A DNA stretch of 64,000 bases from an uncultured Nitrososphaeria archaeon (GTDB taxonomy: Archaea > Thermoproteota > Nitrososphaeria > Geothermarchaeales > JDFR-13), in NCBI GenBank assembly GCA_964437705.1, contig CAYTHX010000002.1, forward strand, positions 16,916 through 80,915, written 5' to 3'. The notes under the pieces are model-generated. The model was not told where the DNA came from and did no database searches. It was given only the letters and a program-made list of their open reading frames with translations. The number at the start of each line of letters is the position of its first letter. Positions within the stretch are counted from its first letter, which is position 1. Shown here piece by piece: positions 31,365-42,179 of the stretch. The translations under genes and the position numbers were made by a program.

Positions 31365-33125
31365 CTACTTTGGCGCAACAATCTTATTTTCAAGACAAAG
31401 TTTTTTTACTGTAACTTCAAATGACTCAGTCGTGAATAATGTACTTAAGAAAACATCAACTTCGTACTTGCTTATTCTATATTGCTTCCATGTATCCCTA
31501 TCCCTAACTGTGACTGTATCGTTTTCCAATGTTTCTTTATCAATAGTTATTGCTACGGGAATCCCTATTTCGTCAACTCTAGCATATCTTCTCCCAATGC
31601 TATCTTTATCATCATAAAGAATCATGAACCCCTTAGACTCTAGTCTATGCTTAATGTCAATAGCTTCTTTAATTAATTTCTCCTCACTAACTAGTGGAAA
31701 TACTGCACAATCATATACCCTTACTGGAATAGGCAGTGATAGTACAATACGTCCATTCACTTCCCGGTAACTATACTCCAATACAGCATACGCTATTCTA
31801 TCAAGTCCAAAACTTGGTTCTACAACATGCGGTACTAACTTTTCAACATATACGTCTTTAACACTCTCCTTAATATCGAAGAAATTCTTTCCTAATTTAA
31901 CCCCAGCAATTTCTGTATACCCTTTTTCAAGGAGCTCATTTTTCCATGTATCATCCCTATGTAAGGCTTTCATTATATCCCTAATTTTTTCTCCAAATTT
32001 CCTCTTAATCTCATCCGCTTTTGGTACTATGCTTACCTCCTTAACTTTTTTAGGAACTTTAAGCTTTTTGTCGACATATAAATCCATTCCACTATGCTTT
32101 ATATGTGCCTGTAGGTCATAATCACCACGATATGCATGCCCCGAGACCTCAACCCAACCCCACCTACTTAAATATACCTCTTGGTCGAAAGTTTGTGTTG
32201 CATAATGTGCACGCTCTCCCTCAAGCTTTTCCCTAAATCTCTGCTTCTCAGCAGGTATACCTAATTTCTCCATAAACTTCTTAGCTAACACCATGAAATA
32301 AGCCATCCACTCATTAACTATAATTTTCTTATCAAGAGCTTCTTGAACAGACATCGTCTCGTAACCCTCCGTCTTTCCAACTCTAATCAATGCTTCATGT
32401 AATAGATTCAATTTTTCCTCCCTATACTGGTCTATATACGGACATACTGGGTCACTCGGGTCGATGAACATTTCTAGCTCCATCATATCAAATTCCCTAA
32501 GCCTAATAGGACCTTGCCTAGGAGAAATTTCATTCCTAAATCCTCTACCAATCTGAGCAATTCCTATTGGAAAACGCCTTCTCATAGCTTCATATACTCT
32601 CTTAAACTCTGTAAACATCCCCTGTGCAGTTTCAGGTCTCAAAAAACCTTTTGCCTCAGTATATGGCCCTATAGTAGTCTGGAACATCGTCATGAAGTAC
32701 GTAGCTTCACCAAGCTCACCTCCACACTGTGGACACCTAACATTATTATCCTGAATTATCTTTTCAATCTCACTTGGTTTTAATGCTTCACTGATCTCAA
32801 TGCCATGTTCGCTAAGTAACGTATCAGCTCTATACTTATTACCACAACTTAAGCAGGAAACCATGATGTCTTTGAAGCTATCAACATGTCCAGAAGCTTT
32901 AAACACGATATATGGTGCAATATTTGGCGAATCTATTTCTACAAACCCATGTTTGTACACAAAGTACCTTCGCCATAAATCCTTGATCTTATTCTTTAAT
33001 ATTACTCCGAGCGGCCCCCATGTTAGTAAACCTGCTACACCGCCATATATTTCATATGCTGGCCAAAAAAATCCTCTCCTCATACATAATCTTTGTACTT
33101 TTTCGGCTTTGTCAGGCTGACTCAA
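31365..33125 (-). CDS. glyS: glycine--tRNA ligase (archaeal/eukaryotic type, class II)
   Basis: N-terminal RRGFFWPAYEIYGGVAGL, class II motifs (FRNEISPR; GLDR), and a C-terminal anticodon-binding domain. Confidence 0.9.
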   Translation of the reverse strand: MSQPDKAEKVQRLCMRRGFFWPAYEIYGGVAGLLTWGPLGVILKNKIKDLWRRYFVYKHGFVEIDSPNIAPYIVFKASGHVDSFKDIMVSCLSCGNKYRADTLLSEHGIEISEALKPSEIEKIIQDNNVRCPQCGGELGEATYFMTMFQTTIGPYTEAKGFLRPETAQGMFTEFKRVYEAMRRRFPIGIAQIGRGFRNEISPRQGPIRLREFDMMELEMFIDPSDPVCPYIDQYREEKLNLLHEALIRVGKTEGYETMSVQEALDKKIIVNEWMAYFMVLAKKFMEKLGIPAEKQRFREKLEGERAHYATQTFDQEVYLSRWGWVEVSGHAYRGDYDLQAHIKHSGMDLYVDKKLKVPKKVKEVSIVPKADEIKRKFGEKIRDIMKALHRDDTWKNELLEKGYTEIAGVKLGKNFFDIKESVKDVYVEKLVPHVVEPSFGLDRIAYAVLEYSYREVNGRIVLSLPIPVRVYDCAVFPLVSEEKLIKEAIDIKHRLESKGFMILYDDKDSIGRRYARVDEIGIPVAITIDKETLENDTVTVRDRDTWKQYRISKYEVDVFLSTLFTTESFEVTVKKLCLENKIVAPK

Positions 33126-33181
33126 GAAGCACCACCTAACCTATAATAAAAATATTGCCCAAAAAATATTTGGATATATGA

Positions 33182-33517
33182 ATGAGAGAGTATAGGAAAG
33201 GTTATAGATTTGAGAGAAGAGTACGAAAATACCTAGAGAAACTTGGATATATCGTATTTAGAGCTGCAGGCTCAAAGCCCATTGACTTAATTGTTATCAC
33301 ACGGAGAAAAGGATTTATTATAGAGTGTAAGGTGAGTAGGAAATATTTACGTAAAAATGATATTAGTAGGTTAATGTATATTCATGAAAAAACTGGTCTT
33401 ATACCAGTTTTTGCCTATCGCGAAAATAATGAAATAAAGTTTCTGAATTTGCTTGATAATAAGATTTTCAATTTTCCACATGCAGAGTCACTTGACAAAT
33501 TTATAGGCACATTTTAA
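33182..33517 (+). CDS. Hjc-like PD-(D/E)xK nuclease (Holliday junction resolvase family)
   Basis: Conserved acidic and lysine residues in Hjc-like spacing (YRFERR; AAGSKPIDLIVI; IIECKVS). At 111 aa it is shorter than canonical Hjc. Confidence 0.5.
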   Translation: MREYRKGYRFERRVRKYLEKLGYIVFRAAGSKPIDLIVITRRKGFIIECKVSRKYLRKNDISRLMYIHEKTGLIPVFAYRENNEIKFLNLLDNKIFNFPHAESLDKFIGTF

Positions 33518-33570
33518 CAATTAATAGTTTTAATTTAAGTATATATCCTAGGATAATTCACGACGACTTT

Positions 33571-34089
33571 TTGGTATTAATTGGTGAGATTAAGGTGAAG
33601 ATTGGTGTAATTTCTGATACTCATGATAATAGGGATTGTATTCTTAAGGCTATAGAGATATTTAATACAGAAAAGGTAGATTTAGTACTACATTGTGGAG
33701 ATCACATTGCCCCATTTACACTTGAATGGTATAAAGGTTTAAATGCTAAAATGATTGGTGTAAAAGGGAACTTAGATGCTGAATACCAACTGCTTAAGGA
33801 GAAATATGAAAGCCTAGGATGGGAGTTTCATAGATTCTCCGCTGTAATTACATTAGAGAGAAAGAAAATTATATTATTACATGGTGTTGATGAAAATGTA
33901 ATTAAGGGATTAATTCATAGTGACGAGTATGACATTATTGTGAGAGGACATTTACATAAGATAATTAATGAATGGCATAAGGATACATTACACTTCTCTC
34001 CCGGAGAGGCTTGTGGATACCTAACACAAAAAAGAACTATAGGTATTATTGAGCTGCCAGAGATTTCAGCTGAAATTATCGAGATTTAG
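33571..34089 (+). CDS. metallophosphoesterase (YfcE/MJ0936 family)
   Basis: GVISDTHDN, GDHIAP, GNLD and GHLH motifs. Confidence 0.7.
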   Translation: MVLIGEIKVKIGVISDTHDNRDCILKAIEIFNTEKVDLVLHCGDHIAPFTLEWYKGLNAKMIGVKGNLDAEYQLLKEKYESLGWEFHRFSAVITLERKKIILLHGVDENVIKGLIHSDEYDIIVRGHLHKIINEWHKDTLHFSPGEACGYLTQKRTIGIIELPEISAEIIEI

Positions 34090-35260
34090 TTTGAAATCTT
34101 AGCTTAAACAATTTATATAATATTTCAATTTCTTTGGGAATTTTTACTCTAATAATATCCCCTAAGAATTTTTCACCTAATACTTTTAACGCTAAGTCCA
34201 TTAACAGGTCACTCTTTAATACTGGGTCCATCATTACTCTTATTTTATACCCATTTTCTAAGGGGGAGAGTATTTCTTGCCTCCAAAGCTCATCATATTT
34301 ATATATATCATTTGGATGATTACTGATCACTTCTCCACATATTGATCCAGCTACTACGGCTGTAGGTACACCGGCACCTATAGATGCTACAGTCATGTTT
34401 GCAGAATCACCAACAAGCAAAACATTACCGTACACAGCTGACTTTAATGGTGGTCCTACAGGTACTAATCCGCCAATATATGATAAGGGAGTTCCAGATT
34501 TAATCATGCTCTTAGCTACAGGATGCTCTGATCTTAAATTTTTAATATATATATCTAAATCTGGTTTGGGATTATATGGCTTTCTTACGCCTAGCCCTAC
34601 ATTAGCGATAGAACTTCCTCTTGGTATTATCCAAGCATATGCTCCCGGTGCGTACTTTAAACCTGAAAACATATATATGGTATCTTCATCTATAGAAGCG
34701 TTTCCCATAACAACTTGATAAACACGACTAATATTATATTCAGAATTTTTTGGCTTAATAGGAATATAATTGTCCAAGTTGGAAATAGCGCCTGCAGCGT
34801 AAACCAAGTATTCATAATATATCCAGCCATCAAAATACTTACCAGTAACATATACCCTGCTCTTTTCTAGATCGATAGATAATGCCTTTGTAGATAGAGC
34901 AATTTTAGCGTTATTCTCTCCAGCGAGCACTGCTATCCACTTATCAAACCTCTCTCTATCAACAACACAACCATCAAATCTGAGATCATATCTATCTCCA
35001 GAGGGGGAAAACATCGAAATTTTCCTAATACTTGTCAGAATTATCTCTTTAGGTATACTCTTTAGCAACTTAATATGTTTAGCATTAGGCAAAATGTTAT
35101 TATATTCACTCCTCGCTGGAAGAAATTCTCCACACTGAATAGGAACACCAATTTCTCTTCTTTTCTCAATAACTAACACGTCAATCCCATGTTTAGCTGC
35201 AGAATATGCAGTTGATAATCCAGCAGGACCACCACCAATTATTAATAACTCAACTTTCAT
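34076..35260 (-). CDS. geranylgeranyl reductase family FAD-dependent oxidoreductase
   Basis: FAD-binding IIGGGPAGLSTA and a conserved C-terminal GDSA motif (LLVGDSANMTVASIGAG). Confidence 0.75.
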   Translation of the reverse strand: MKVELLIIGGGPAGLSTAYSAAKHGIDVLVIEKRREIGVPIQCGEFLPARSEYNNILPNAKHIKLLKSIPKEIILTSIRKISMFSPSGDRYDLRFDGCVVDRERFDKWIAVLAGENNAKIALSTKALSIDLEKSRVYVTGKYFDGWIYYEYLVYAAGAISNLDNYIPIKPKNSEYNISRVYQVVMGNASIDEDTIYMFSGLKYAPGAYAWIIPRGSSIANVGLGVRKPYNPKPDLDIYIKNLRSEHPVAKSMIKSGTPLSYIGGLVPVGPPLKSAVYGNVLLVGDSANMTVASIGAGVPTAVVAGSICGEVISNHPNDIYKYDELWRQEILSPLENGYKIRVMMDPVLKSDLLMDLALKVLGEKFLGDIIRVKIPKEIEILYKLFKLRFQTKSR

Positions 35261-35468
35261 GTTATCTAACCTAAACTAATTATGACGATTCTATACCTAA
35301 TTATCCACAATATATGTATAAATAACTAGAAAGTATTAGAAATCATAAGCATCTATATTAAACTAGGAATTAGTGTTTTAATTAATTTATCTCTTCTAAT
35401 GTATTTAGGAATACTTAATTAAATTAATGCTTAGATATTTTTAGTTGTAAAACGGGTTATCATTTACG

Positions 35469-36587
35469 ATGACAAGTATAGATAAAGCTGTAGAGAATCT
35501 GAGAAGAAGATTTGAGAGAAAAATTGATAGTTATATAAAGAAGGATAAGTTGGTATTGAGAGACCTGTTTTATATACTAAATTACCTGATTTTTAAGAAG
35601 AATAAGGAAAGAGTTTTTAATATACTTGAATTGATTTCACACTATCAAATTTTAAAGCCAACATATATGAGATTTATGTATGGGTTAGGAGATCCGAGAA
35701 GTAGATTTAATTGGACACAGTTAAGTAATATAACTCATGACTATCTTGGTGGATTTCCAACATATGTGAAGGGTAATAATGCATTTATATATGGGAGGTA
35801 TCCAGATATAGATTCTACAGCTTTATCGGTAGCTATATTAGCTAAGGGTATTACTTTACTAGGAGATGAAAAGATATACTCTAAATACCGTAATAATATT
35901 GTATATGGAATTAAGTATTTAGAGTCGAGAGATGCAAATAATAATGGACTTTTAGAGCAATTAGAGAATGAGGATTGGATGCATTCGATGTTAAGATGTG
36001 GTTCAATTACCTATAGTAATGCTACCGCTCTACTAGCGTTAGATTGGATTATAAGTGCTGCAATAAGTGTTGGTGATAACGAAATTTTGCGGGATGCTAA
36101 GCTTTTTAGAGGTAAGCTACTAAATGCTATATCTGAATTACTATATCTAGACGAGTACTTTATTGAAGGTATAAGTTGCTATGGCTGCCTAATATTAAGA
36201 TACTCAATTGATACTGTTTTATTAGGCTTAACTTCTGTATCTAAATACTTGCAAAATAAAATTGCTAGTCATTTACAAGTGATTGGAGAACGGCTTTTAC
36301 ATAATGGTTTACTAAAGAATATTGATACTACACAGAAGAATACAAGACCAGAAACAGTTAATCCAGGTAGATTATTTAATGGCGGTATATGGACACTTTA
36401 TAACTTACTTTATTTATATTCATGTTTAAGGCATAAAGTTGAACCAGTTATAGATGTAAAGTTACTCTATAATAATGCTAGTTTTATGTGGTTAGATCAT
36501 AAGCTAAAGGGTTATAATGATAATTATCTTCCATCAATAGCTGTTGCATTATATATCTATGAACTTTTTGGTGAAAAATTAAGATAA
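35469..36587 (+). CDS. hypothetical protein (possible alpha/alpha-toroid glycosidase-like fold)
   Basis: 372 aa with a weak resemblance to the six-hairpin glycosidase / GDE C-terminal region (NNGLLEQLENEDWMHS). Low certainty. Confidence 0.3.
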   Translation: MTSIDKAVENLRRRFERKIDSYIKKDKLVLRDLFYILNYLIFKKNKERVFNILELISHYQILKPTYMRFMYGLGDPRSRFNWTQLSNITHDYLGGFPTYVKGNNAFIYGRYPDIDSTALSVAILAKGITLLGDEKIYSKYRNNIVYGIKYLESRDANNNGLLEQLENEDWMHSMLRCGSITYSNATALLALDWIISAAISVGDNEILRDAKLFRGKLLNAISELLYLDEYFIEGISCYGCLILRYSIDTVLLGLTSVSKYLQNKIASHLQVIGERLLHNGLLKNIDTTQKNTRPETVNPGRLFNGGIWTLYNLLYLYSCLRHKVEPVIDVKLLYNNASFMWLDHKLKGYNDNYLPSIAVALYIYELFGEKLR

Positions 36588-38162
36588 CTCCCTCCTCATC
36601 ATATCACGTAGGTATATTTCCTTCAACTCATTAATAGTAGTTACATCTTTGGGATCTTTATCCAGCCTAAACCTAGTTACTCTTGCAAATCTAAGGGCAT
36701 AGCCACTTTTATACTTTGGGCTTTTTTGAACTTCATTAAAGGCTACTTCAACTACAATTTCTGGTTTGACCCATATTCTATATCCTTCATCGGCAATTTT
36801 TAGTTCTAGTAGTTTTCTAGTCATCCACTCAAATTCCTCGTCAGTTAAACCTTTGAATGTTTTTCCTACAATCAAAAATTCACTATTTTCTGGATCATAA
36901 ACTGCTAGGTAGTAATCGCTCAGCCAATTCCTTCTTCTCCCATGTCCCCACTCAGCACCAACAACGACGACATCGATAGTCTCTACTTCTTTAACTTTAA
37001 TCCAATTTGCGCCTCTTACACCCATAACATATGGTGCATCAAGCTTTTTCACCATCACACCTTCATGTCCAGCCCTGATAGCTCTCTCATAGAAATCTTT
37101 AGCAACACTTATATCGTCTGTAACTATTCTCTCAGCTAATAAACTGCTAGGAACTATAGATGTTAGGTATTCATAACGCTTATAATATGGTTCATTTACC
37201 AGCAACTTACCATTTAAATATAAGATGTCAAATAAGTAAAGCTTAATAGGGATTTTTTTAACTATAATTTCGAAGTCCTTAATTCTTTTAAATCTTTTCA
37301 TAAGCTCTTGGAAAGGCCGTGGATTTCCTTTTTCATCAATAGCGATAACCTCGCCTTCTAAGATTACATCACGTACCTTAAGAGTTTTCTTTATGACATC
37401 AGTAACCTCAGGCAAGTTTTCGGTTACATCTGTAAGCCTCCTTGAAAACACCTTAACTTCTCCACTCGCATAATGTATCTGTACCCTAACTCCATCATAT
37501 TTAACTTCTACCGCAGCTCTACCTCCAGCTAACTGCATAGCTTCTTCTATCGTATCTGCTGAAGTTGCAAGCATAGGTCTAATCGGATTAAAAAGCTTAG
37601 GTTTTACATTATCCAGATTAAGCTCTTTTTTACTTAACTTTTCAGCTAACTCACCTATATCACCTATTAGCAAATACGCTTTCCTCAATTTTTCAATATC
37701 TACCTTAGCTACGTCGGCTAACGCCTGTAGAACCAAGCCGACTTCCGCTCCTATCCTCATCTCTCCTGATAGTGATCTAATTAAAAATTCCCTCTCTATG
37801 TCGCTCATTCTACTTAAGAGTGAGGACAGTATATCGACTCTTTTCCTTTGAACATCAGCGCCACTAATTGACGCTACTCTATTAAGTTCTCTGTAAACTT
37901 CTTTTATGGTTGGAGGACCAAGTGGAATTAATGTTTGTATTTTACTTGATATAGCCTTTTTAATTGTAGAGTATCCTATATATAGTGCTTTATTTTCTGA
38001 TTCTGGCAGTACTTTACCTGTTAGTAGAAGAACGAATGGCTTCCACTCATCTGGATTAATCTTTCTAAGAAAATTTGATATTATTCTTCTTTTTTCAAGT
38101 GTAGATGACGTTTCTTCTAGAGACCTACATAACTTAGCAAACTCTAGAAAACTAGTCTCCAA
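36579..38162 (-). CDS. lig: ATP-dependent DNA ligase
   Basis: Adenylation motif KYDGVRVQIH and motifs III-VI (EGEVIA; LYLFDILY; EGVMVK). 527 aa. Confidence 0.9.
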   Translation of the reverse strand: METSFLEFAKLCRSLEETSSTLEKRRIISNFLRKINPDEWKPFVLLLTGKVLPESENKALYIGYSTIKKAISSKIQTLIPLGPPTIKEVYRELNRVASISGADVQRKRVDILSSLLSRMSDIEREFLIRSLSGEMRIGAEVGLVLQALADVAKVDIEKLRKAYLLIGDIGELAEKLSKKELNLDNVKPKLFNPIRPMLATSADTIEEAMQLAGGRAAVEVKYDGVRVQIHYASGEVKVFSRRLTDVTENLPEVTDVIKKTLKVRDVILEGEVIAIDEKGNPRPFQELMKRFKRIKDFEIIVKKIPIKLYLFDILYLNGKLLVNEPYYKRYEYLTSIVPSSLLAERIVTDDISVAKDFYERAIRAGHEGVMVKKLDAPYVMGVRGANWIKVKEVETIDVVVVGAEWGHGRRRNWLSDYYLAVYDPENSEFLIVGKTFKGLTDEEFEWMTRKLLELKIADEGYRIWVKPEIVVEVAFNEVQKSPKYKSGYALRFARVTRFRLDKDPKDVTTINELKEIYLRDMMRRELS

Positions 38163-39351
38163 GTTGATACACCTCAGATGCTAACTCATTAAACATTTTT
38201 ATAAAACTGTCTTCTGAGCTTGATGGTATCGTTGCAGCACCTAAAGTTTGATATCCGTATCCTAAGCCTCCAACTTGATATGCTACCGCCTCAGCTAAAG
38301 CTACGACTGACTGGGCATTATTGGAAAGGATGAGAGTTTCTAGGTATCTAGGTACACGAATTGCAACATTTGTCCATGTTTCACGTAAATTGCCTAAACC
38401 AGGTATTTTTTTCTGTCGCCTCATTAGCCCAAGAATGTACTTATTTTTAAATACTAACCTACCTTGAAATCTCACATAACTTGTAAAGCTATCAAAAACC
38501 CTGGTTCCCATAGAATTAAATATACCTGTATCCATAAACCATTGAACTCTTTTTAATTGGAATAATCCCTCTTTTTCTAGGGCCTCAATCCCTCTCTTAT
38601 ATGCATCTTGTCTTACTATCTTATACCTACTTGCGTCCTCTTTAATCATTCTAAAATCTTTAAATATTAAGGCTTCAACAACTCTTAAAGGACCATCTGC
38701 GTAATAGCCTACTGAGGATGCGAGAGTTATATCCTTATATAGACTTGTAATTTCCCTACTATACCCTTTAACATGTATATGAAATGACATCTTATCCCCT
38801 CGAATTGCTCTTCTCGCTACACCAAGCAACTCTGCCTCAGCAAAGGCACGCCAGTTAAGACCTTTAAATTCCCCCTTGACCTCTCCAATACCAATTAGTG
38901 ATATCCAAGCTACATCTTTATCTTTGCCGAATCGATGCTTATAAATAAAATAAAGAATTGTTGATGTTGTTGCGTAATCTCCACTTAGCTTAAACTTTGT
39001 CGGATTTATATAAGGGATATTATGTGGGACTTCAATTACCTCCTCATGATGATCAATTATATATACACGTCTTCTCATTTTCTCCGGAATCATCACATGT
39101 ATGGGGCCGCCAAGATCCAGAAACATGTACTGATTGTAGTCCTCTCTAAATATCATCTCTAAGGCTTCAGGAAAAACTTTATCAAGACAAACGAGAGTAT
39201 ATTCATTATTTAATTTCTCAGCTAGATATGAAGCTATAGCTGCTGCGGCTACTCCATCAGCATCATCACTAAAAATTATCATTAGTGATGAATCTTTTTC
39301 GAGCTTTTCAGATACTGTATTAATTGCTGTAGTGAGTGATGATTCAGACAC
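38152..39351 (-). CDS. DHH-family phosphoesterase (RecJ/Cdc45-like)
   Basis: DHH motifs (DDADGVAAA; IDHHEE). The gene overlaps the ligase start and follows polB3 on the same strand. Confidence 0.6.
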   Translation of the reverse strand: MSESSLTTAINTVSEKLEKDSSLMIIFSDDADGVAAAAIASYLAEKLNNEYTLVCLDKVFPEALEMIFREDYNQYMFLDLGGPIHVMIPEKMRRRVYIIDHHEEVIEVPHNIPYINPTKFKLSGDYATTSTILYFIYKHRFGKDKDVAWISLIGIGEVKGEFKGLNWRAFAEAELLGVARRAIRGDKMSFHIHVKGYSREITSLYKDITLASSVGYYADGPLRVVEALIFKDFRMIKEDASRYKIVRQDAYKRGIEALEKEGLFQLKRVQWFMDTGIFNSMGTRVFDSFTSYVRFQGRLVFKNKYILGLMRRQKKIPGLGNLRETWTNVAIRVPRYLETLILSNNAQSVVALAEAVAYQVGGLGYGYQTLGAATIPSSSEDSFIKMFNELASEVYQLGD

Positions 39352-39374
39352 AACTATCCCCTGAAATCTTTAGC

Positions 39375-41687
39375 TTAAAAGAGAAATCTATCCATGCTGA
39401 AGTGAAGACCAGAGGCGATTGACTCTAAGTCACTTTTTGATATCCCCATCGGTTCTAATACCCTAGCAGATACTGGAATTACCTGCCTATATATGTAGTA
39501 ATCCCAGTCTATATCCTCTTTCTTCGCCATTGTATAATGTATTGCTCTCTTGTATAGTGGTCCAGAACCCTTTAAGATTACATATCCTATGAACATTCCC
39601 TTCTTGATCTTCCAGCCTTTTAATGCCAACTCTTCAGCTACCGCTAGGTGAGGAGACATAGCTTTATACTCATCTAGACGCTTAGTTATCTGCTCCCATA
39701 TTACAAGCTCATCAATAGGAACTTCACCACGATCTAGCTTCCTAACTCTTTCCCTAAAGTAATCTAAAATCTTATCCTTAGATGCTCCTGTTAAAACCAG
39801 TTTAATCAGATTATACTGAGTTTCCTTAGCATAATTACACCAATCTCTTCTAACATACTCTAAACCAACTACATCTATCTTATCGTCTATAGTTAAGCCT
39901 GCATATCTTTTTTTGGCCTCTGTAAACAATAGAACTTTATATATTTTGTCGATTTTAGCTTCTAAACCTAATTCTTTACTTATCCATGTAAGTAAGGCTT
40001 CAACCTTCTCCTTATCATAGTTTACAAATAGGCTATCGGTATCACCGTAAAGAATATGAAGACCTAATTCCTCAGCTTTTCTCTTACTACTACTTATTGT
40101 TTCTCTCCCTAGGTATGTAACTAACTGAGCTCCCTCCCAGCTGTAGTATCGTGCATTAATCCACCCCATATAACCATACATTGCATTAGCAAGAATCTTT
40201 AACACTCTTTGATGAGCATCTAAAATTCTATATGGAGCAGAGCCCTCTGGAAACTCCTTCATTTTACTTCTGACTTTGTTCCTCTCATCGACTAATCTCT
40301 TTATAATTTCCGGAAATAATCCTTTAATGCTCTGCTTTACTCCGACACCAATTTCCTCAAAGTATTTTACATCATCTTTTTTCTCATATACTATAGTATC
40401 TGGTGAGATGTTATACTTCATTATTAGTGTTGGATACATTGACTTGAAGTCTATAACACATACATTTCTATGAATACCGACTTTAGGCGGTAGTACAAGG
40501 CCTCCTAAGTATGTTCCCTTACCTTTACCCTTAACCTTAATTATAAGCTCTCCCCTCTTAACAGCATTTTTCATAATATAGTTTTCTACTTGAAAACCTG
40601 CAGATGATGATAGTACATAGTCAGCAGGCATTCCAGTAATTGCGGATAAACTAAATATTTCTTCCTTTAATAGCATAAATGCGTCATATATGGTTTTAGC
40701 TCTCCATAGACTATACTTTAGTAGCTCATCCCTGTTATTTTTCCACGCATCATAATATAGTAGTCTATCAAATACTCTACCTGGTTGTGATATACCAAGG
40801 AAATATGCTAGTTCTTCTAGCGTCTTTCTCTGCAGAGAGGGGTTGTTATTGACATAATCCTTTAGGTCAATATTTAATCTTCCAGGGATCGAGAAGTGTC
40901 CATAAAGACTTTGATGTGGTTCGTCACCTCTATATCCGATTTTGAGCGGAATATTCAACACTTTTGACCTCTCAAGTAGGTATGGCCACACAATACTATT
41001 GCCTTCAAATGAAACAATTACATGAGGTGAGTAACTTTGGACATCATTAACTAAAGATTTTAAAATCTCTTTATCATCATTCCTCAGAACATATTGCTTA
41101 TAACCATTAGCAGTATATAAAGTTACTGCTAAAATCGGATCACTCTCTGGATCTGCTTCTCCAATTGGAGAAGCAGTAACTAGGTCGATTGATAAAATTT
41201 TTAATGGTGGATACTCTACTTCTTCAGATAATAATTGAATATCCCGCAGAATATTTATATTACTCTCCACATCATACGTAACTTTGTACCAGCTTGAGGG
41301 AGAAACATCTCTTATTAATAAATACTTATTTGAAAATCTTATATCATCTTCATAAAAAGTTACATCTCGGTAATTAGCTTCAATTATGCGAACAACGTTT
41401 TCTAAATCCTTTGGGGGACCACGAATTAGTAATACTTCTTTATCTCTGCCAACAAGTTTTCTCTTAACTATATCCGCGGTTAAACCTGCAGATTCCCTAA
41501 GTTTAACAAGATCATAGATTTTTCTAAGTGTATTTATATCTGCATCTACATATACCCAATCTCTATGGCCAGGATCATATATATTAATGACAATGCCATT
41601 CTCATCTACCATCCATAAGCAAATTACATCCTTACCGCCTAATTCCTCCGTAGTTAAGTCTAAAAACCATAACTTTTTAGACAACAT
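39375..41687 (-). CDS. dpo3: family-B DNA polymerase (PolB3/Dpo3-like)
   Basis: Exo motifs and pol motifs A-C, including YGDTDS. The size (770 aa) matches Sulfolobus Dpo3. Confidence 0.85.
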   Translation of the reverse strand: MLSKKLWFLDLTTEELGGKDVICLWMVDENGIVINIYDPGHRDWVYVDADINTLRKIYDLVKLRESAGLTADIVKRKLVGRDKEVLLIRGPPKDLENVVRIIEANYRDVTFYEDDIRFSNKYLLIRDVSPSSWYKVTYDVESNINILRDIQLLSEEVEYPPLKILSIDLVTASPIGEADPESDPILAVTLYTANGYKQYVLRNDDKEILKSLVNDVQSYSPHVIVSFEGNSIVWPYLLERSKVLNIPLKIGYRGDEPHQSLYGHFSIPGRLNIDLKDYVNNNPSLQRKTLEELAYFLGISQPGRVFDRLLYYDAWKNNRDELLKYSLWRAKTIYDAFMLLKEEIFSLSAITGMPADYVLSSSAGFQVENYIMKNAVKRGELIIKVKGKGKGTYLGGLVLPPKVGIHRNVCVIDFKSMYPTLIMKYNISPDTIVYEKKDDVKYFEEIGVGVKQSIKGLFPEIIKRLVDERNKVRSKMKEFPEGSAPYRILDAHQRVLKILANAMYGYMGWINARYYSWEGAQLVTYLGRETISSSKRKAEELGLHILYGDTDSLFVNYDKEKVEALLTWISKELGLEAKIDKIYKVLLFTEAKKRYAGLTIDDKIDVVGLEYVRRDWCNYAKETQYNLIKLVLTGASKDKILDYFRERVRKLDRGEVPIDELVIWEQITKRLDEYKAMSPHLAVAEELALKGWKIKKGMFIGYVILKGSGPLYKRAIHYTMAKKEDIDWDYYIYRQVIPVSARVLEPMGISKSDLESIASGLHFSMDRFLF

Positions 41688-42179
41688 AATTCTCCAATAA
41701 ATATATTTTATTTATTGCTTTTTTGGTAATTAGGTATTTGTATCTTAGCTTAAATTCATATTGAGACATTATGATTTTCAAAATCATGGATCACTACAAC
41801 TATTCTTCCCTATATCCTAAGATTCTTAATTAGGATTATTTTTCACTCCTATATTCTACTCAAAACTATACACAGGAAATATCTATGGATTAAGATTGTA
41901 GACTTCTATGTTTTCACTATATACAGTCTATTATAGCACTACAATATTCATTACTAATTATCAGCTAATAAGTTCTATTTCCTAGGATTACCCTCATAAT
42001 TGATATCCTATATTGTAGTTACCTTTCTGTTTTTATCTATTCACTTAAACACTATATTTAAGAGAATGAGAAATCAAGTCTGAATATAATTGTTATTCTA
42101 AAATTATTGACTATATTCCTGAGATCTCGTACTTCAATATGAACTATATCAAGCTTTTATAAGTATTCTAGATTTAAAG

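Noticed and set aside
41688-42179. 490-bp AT-rich gap between divergent polB3 and PDO genes: a hidden small gene or ncRNA?
   Set aside because: There is no ORF of at least 60 aa, no GC-rich structured segment and no repeats. It is most simply two divergent promoters.
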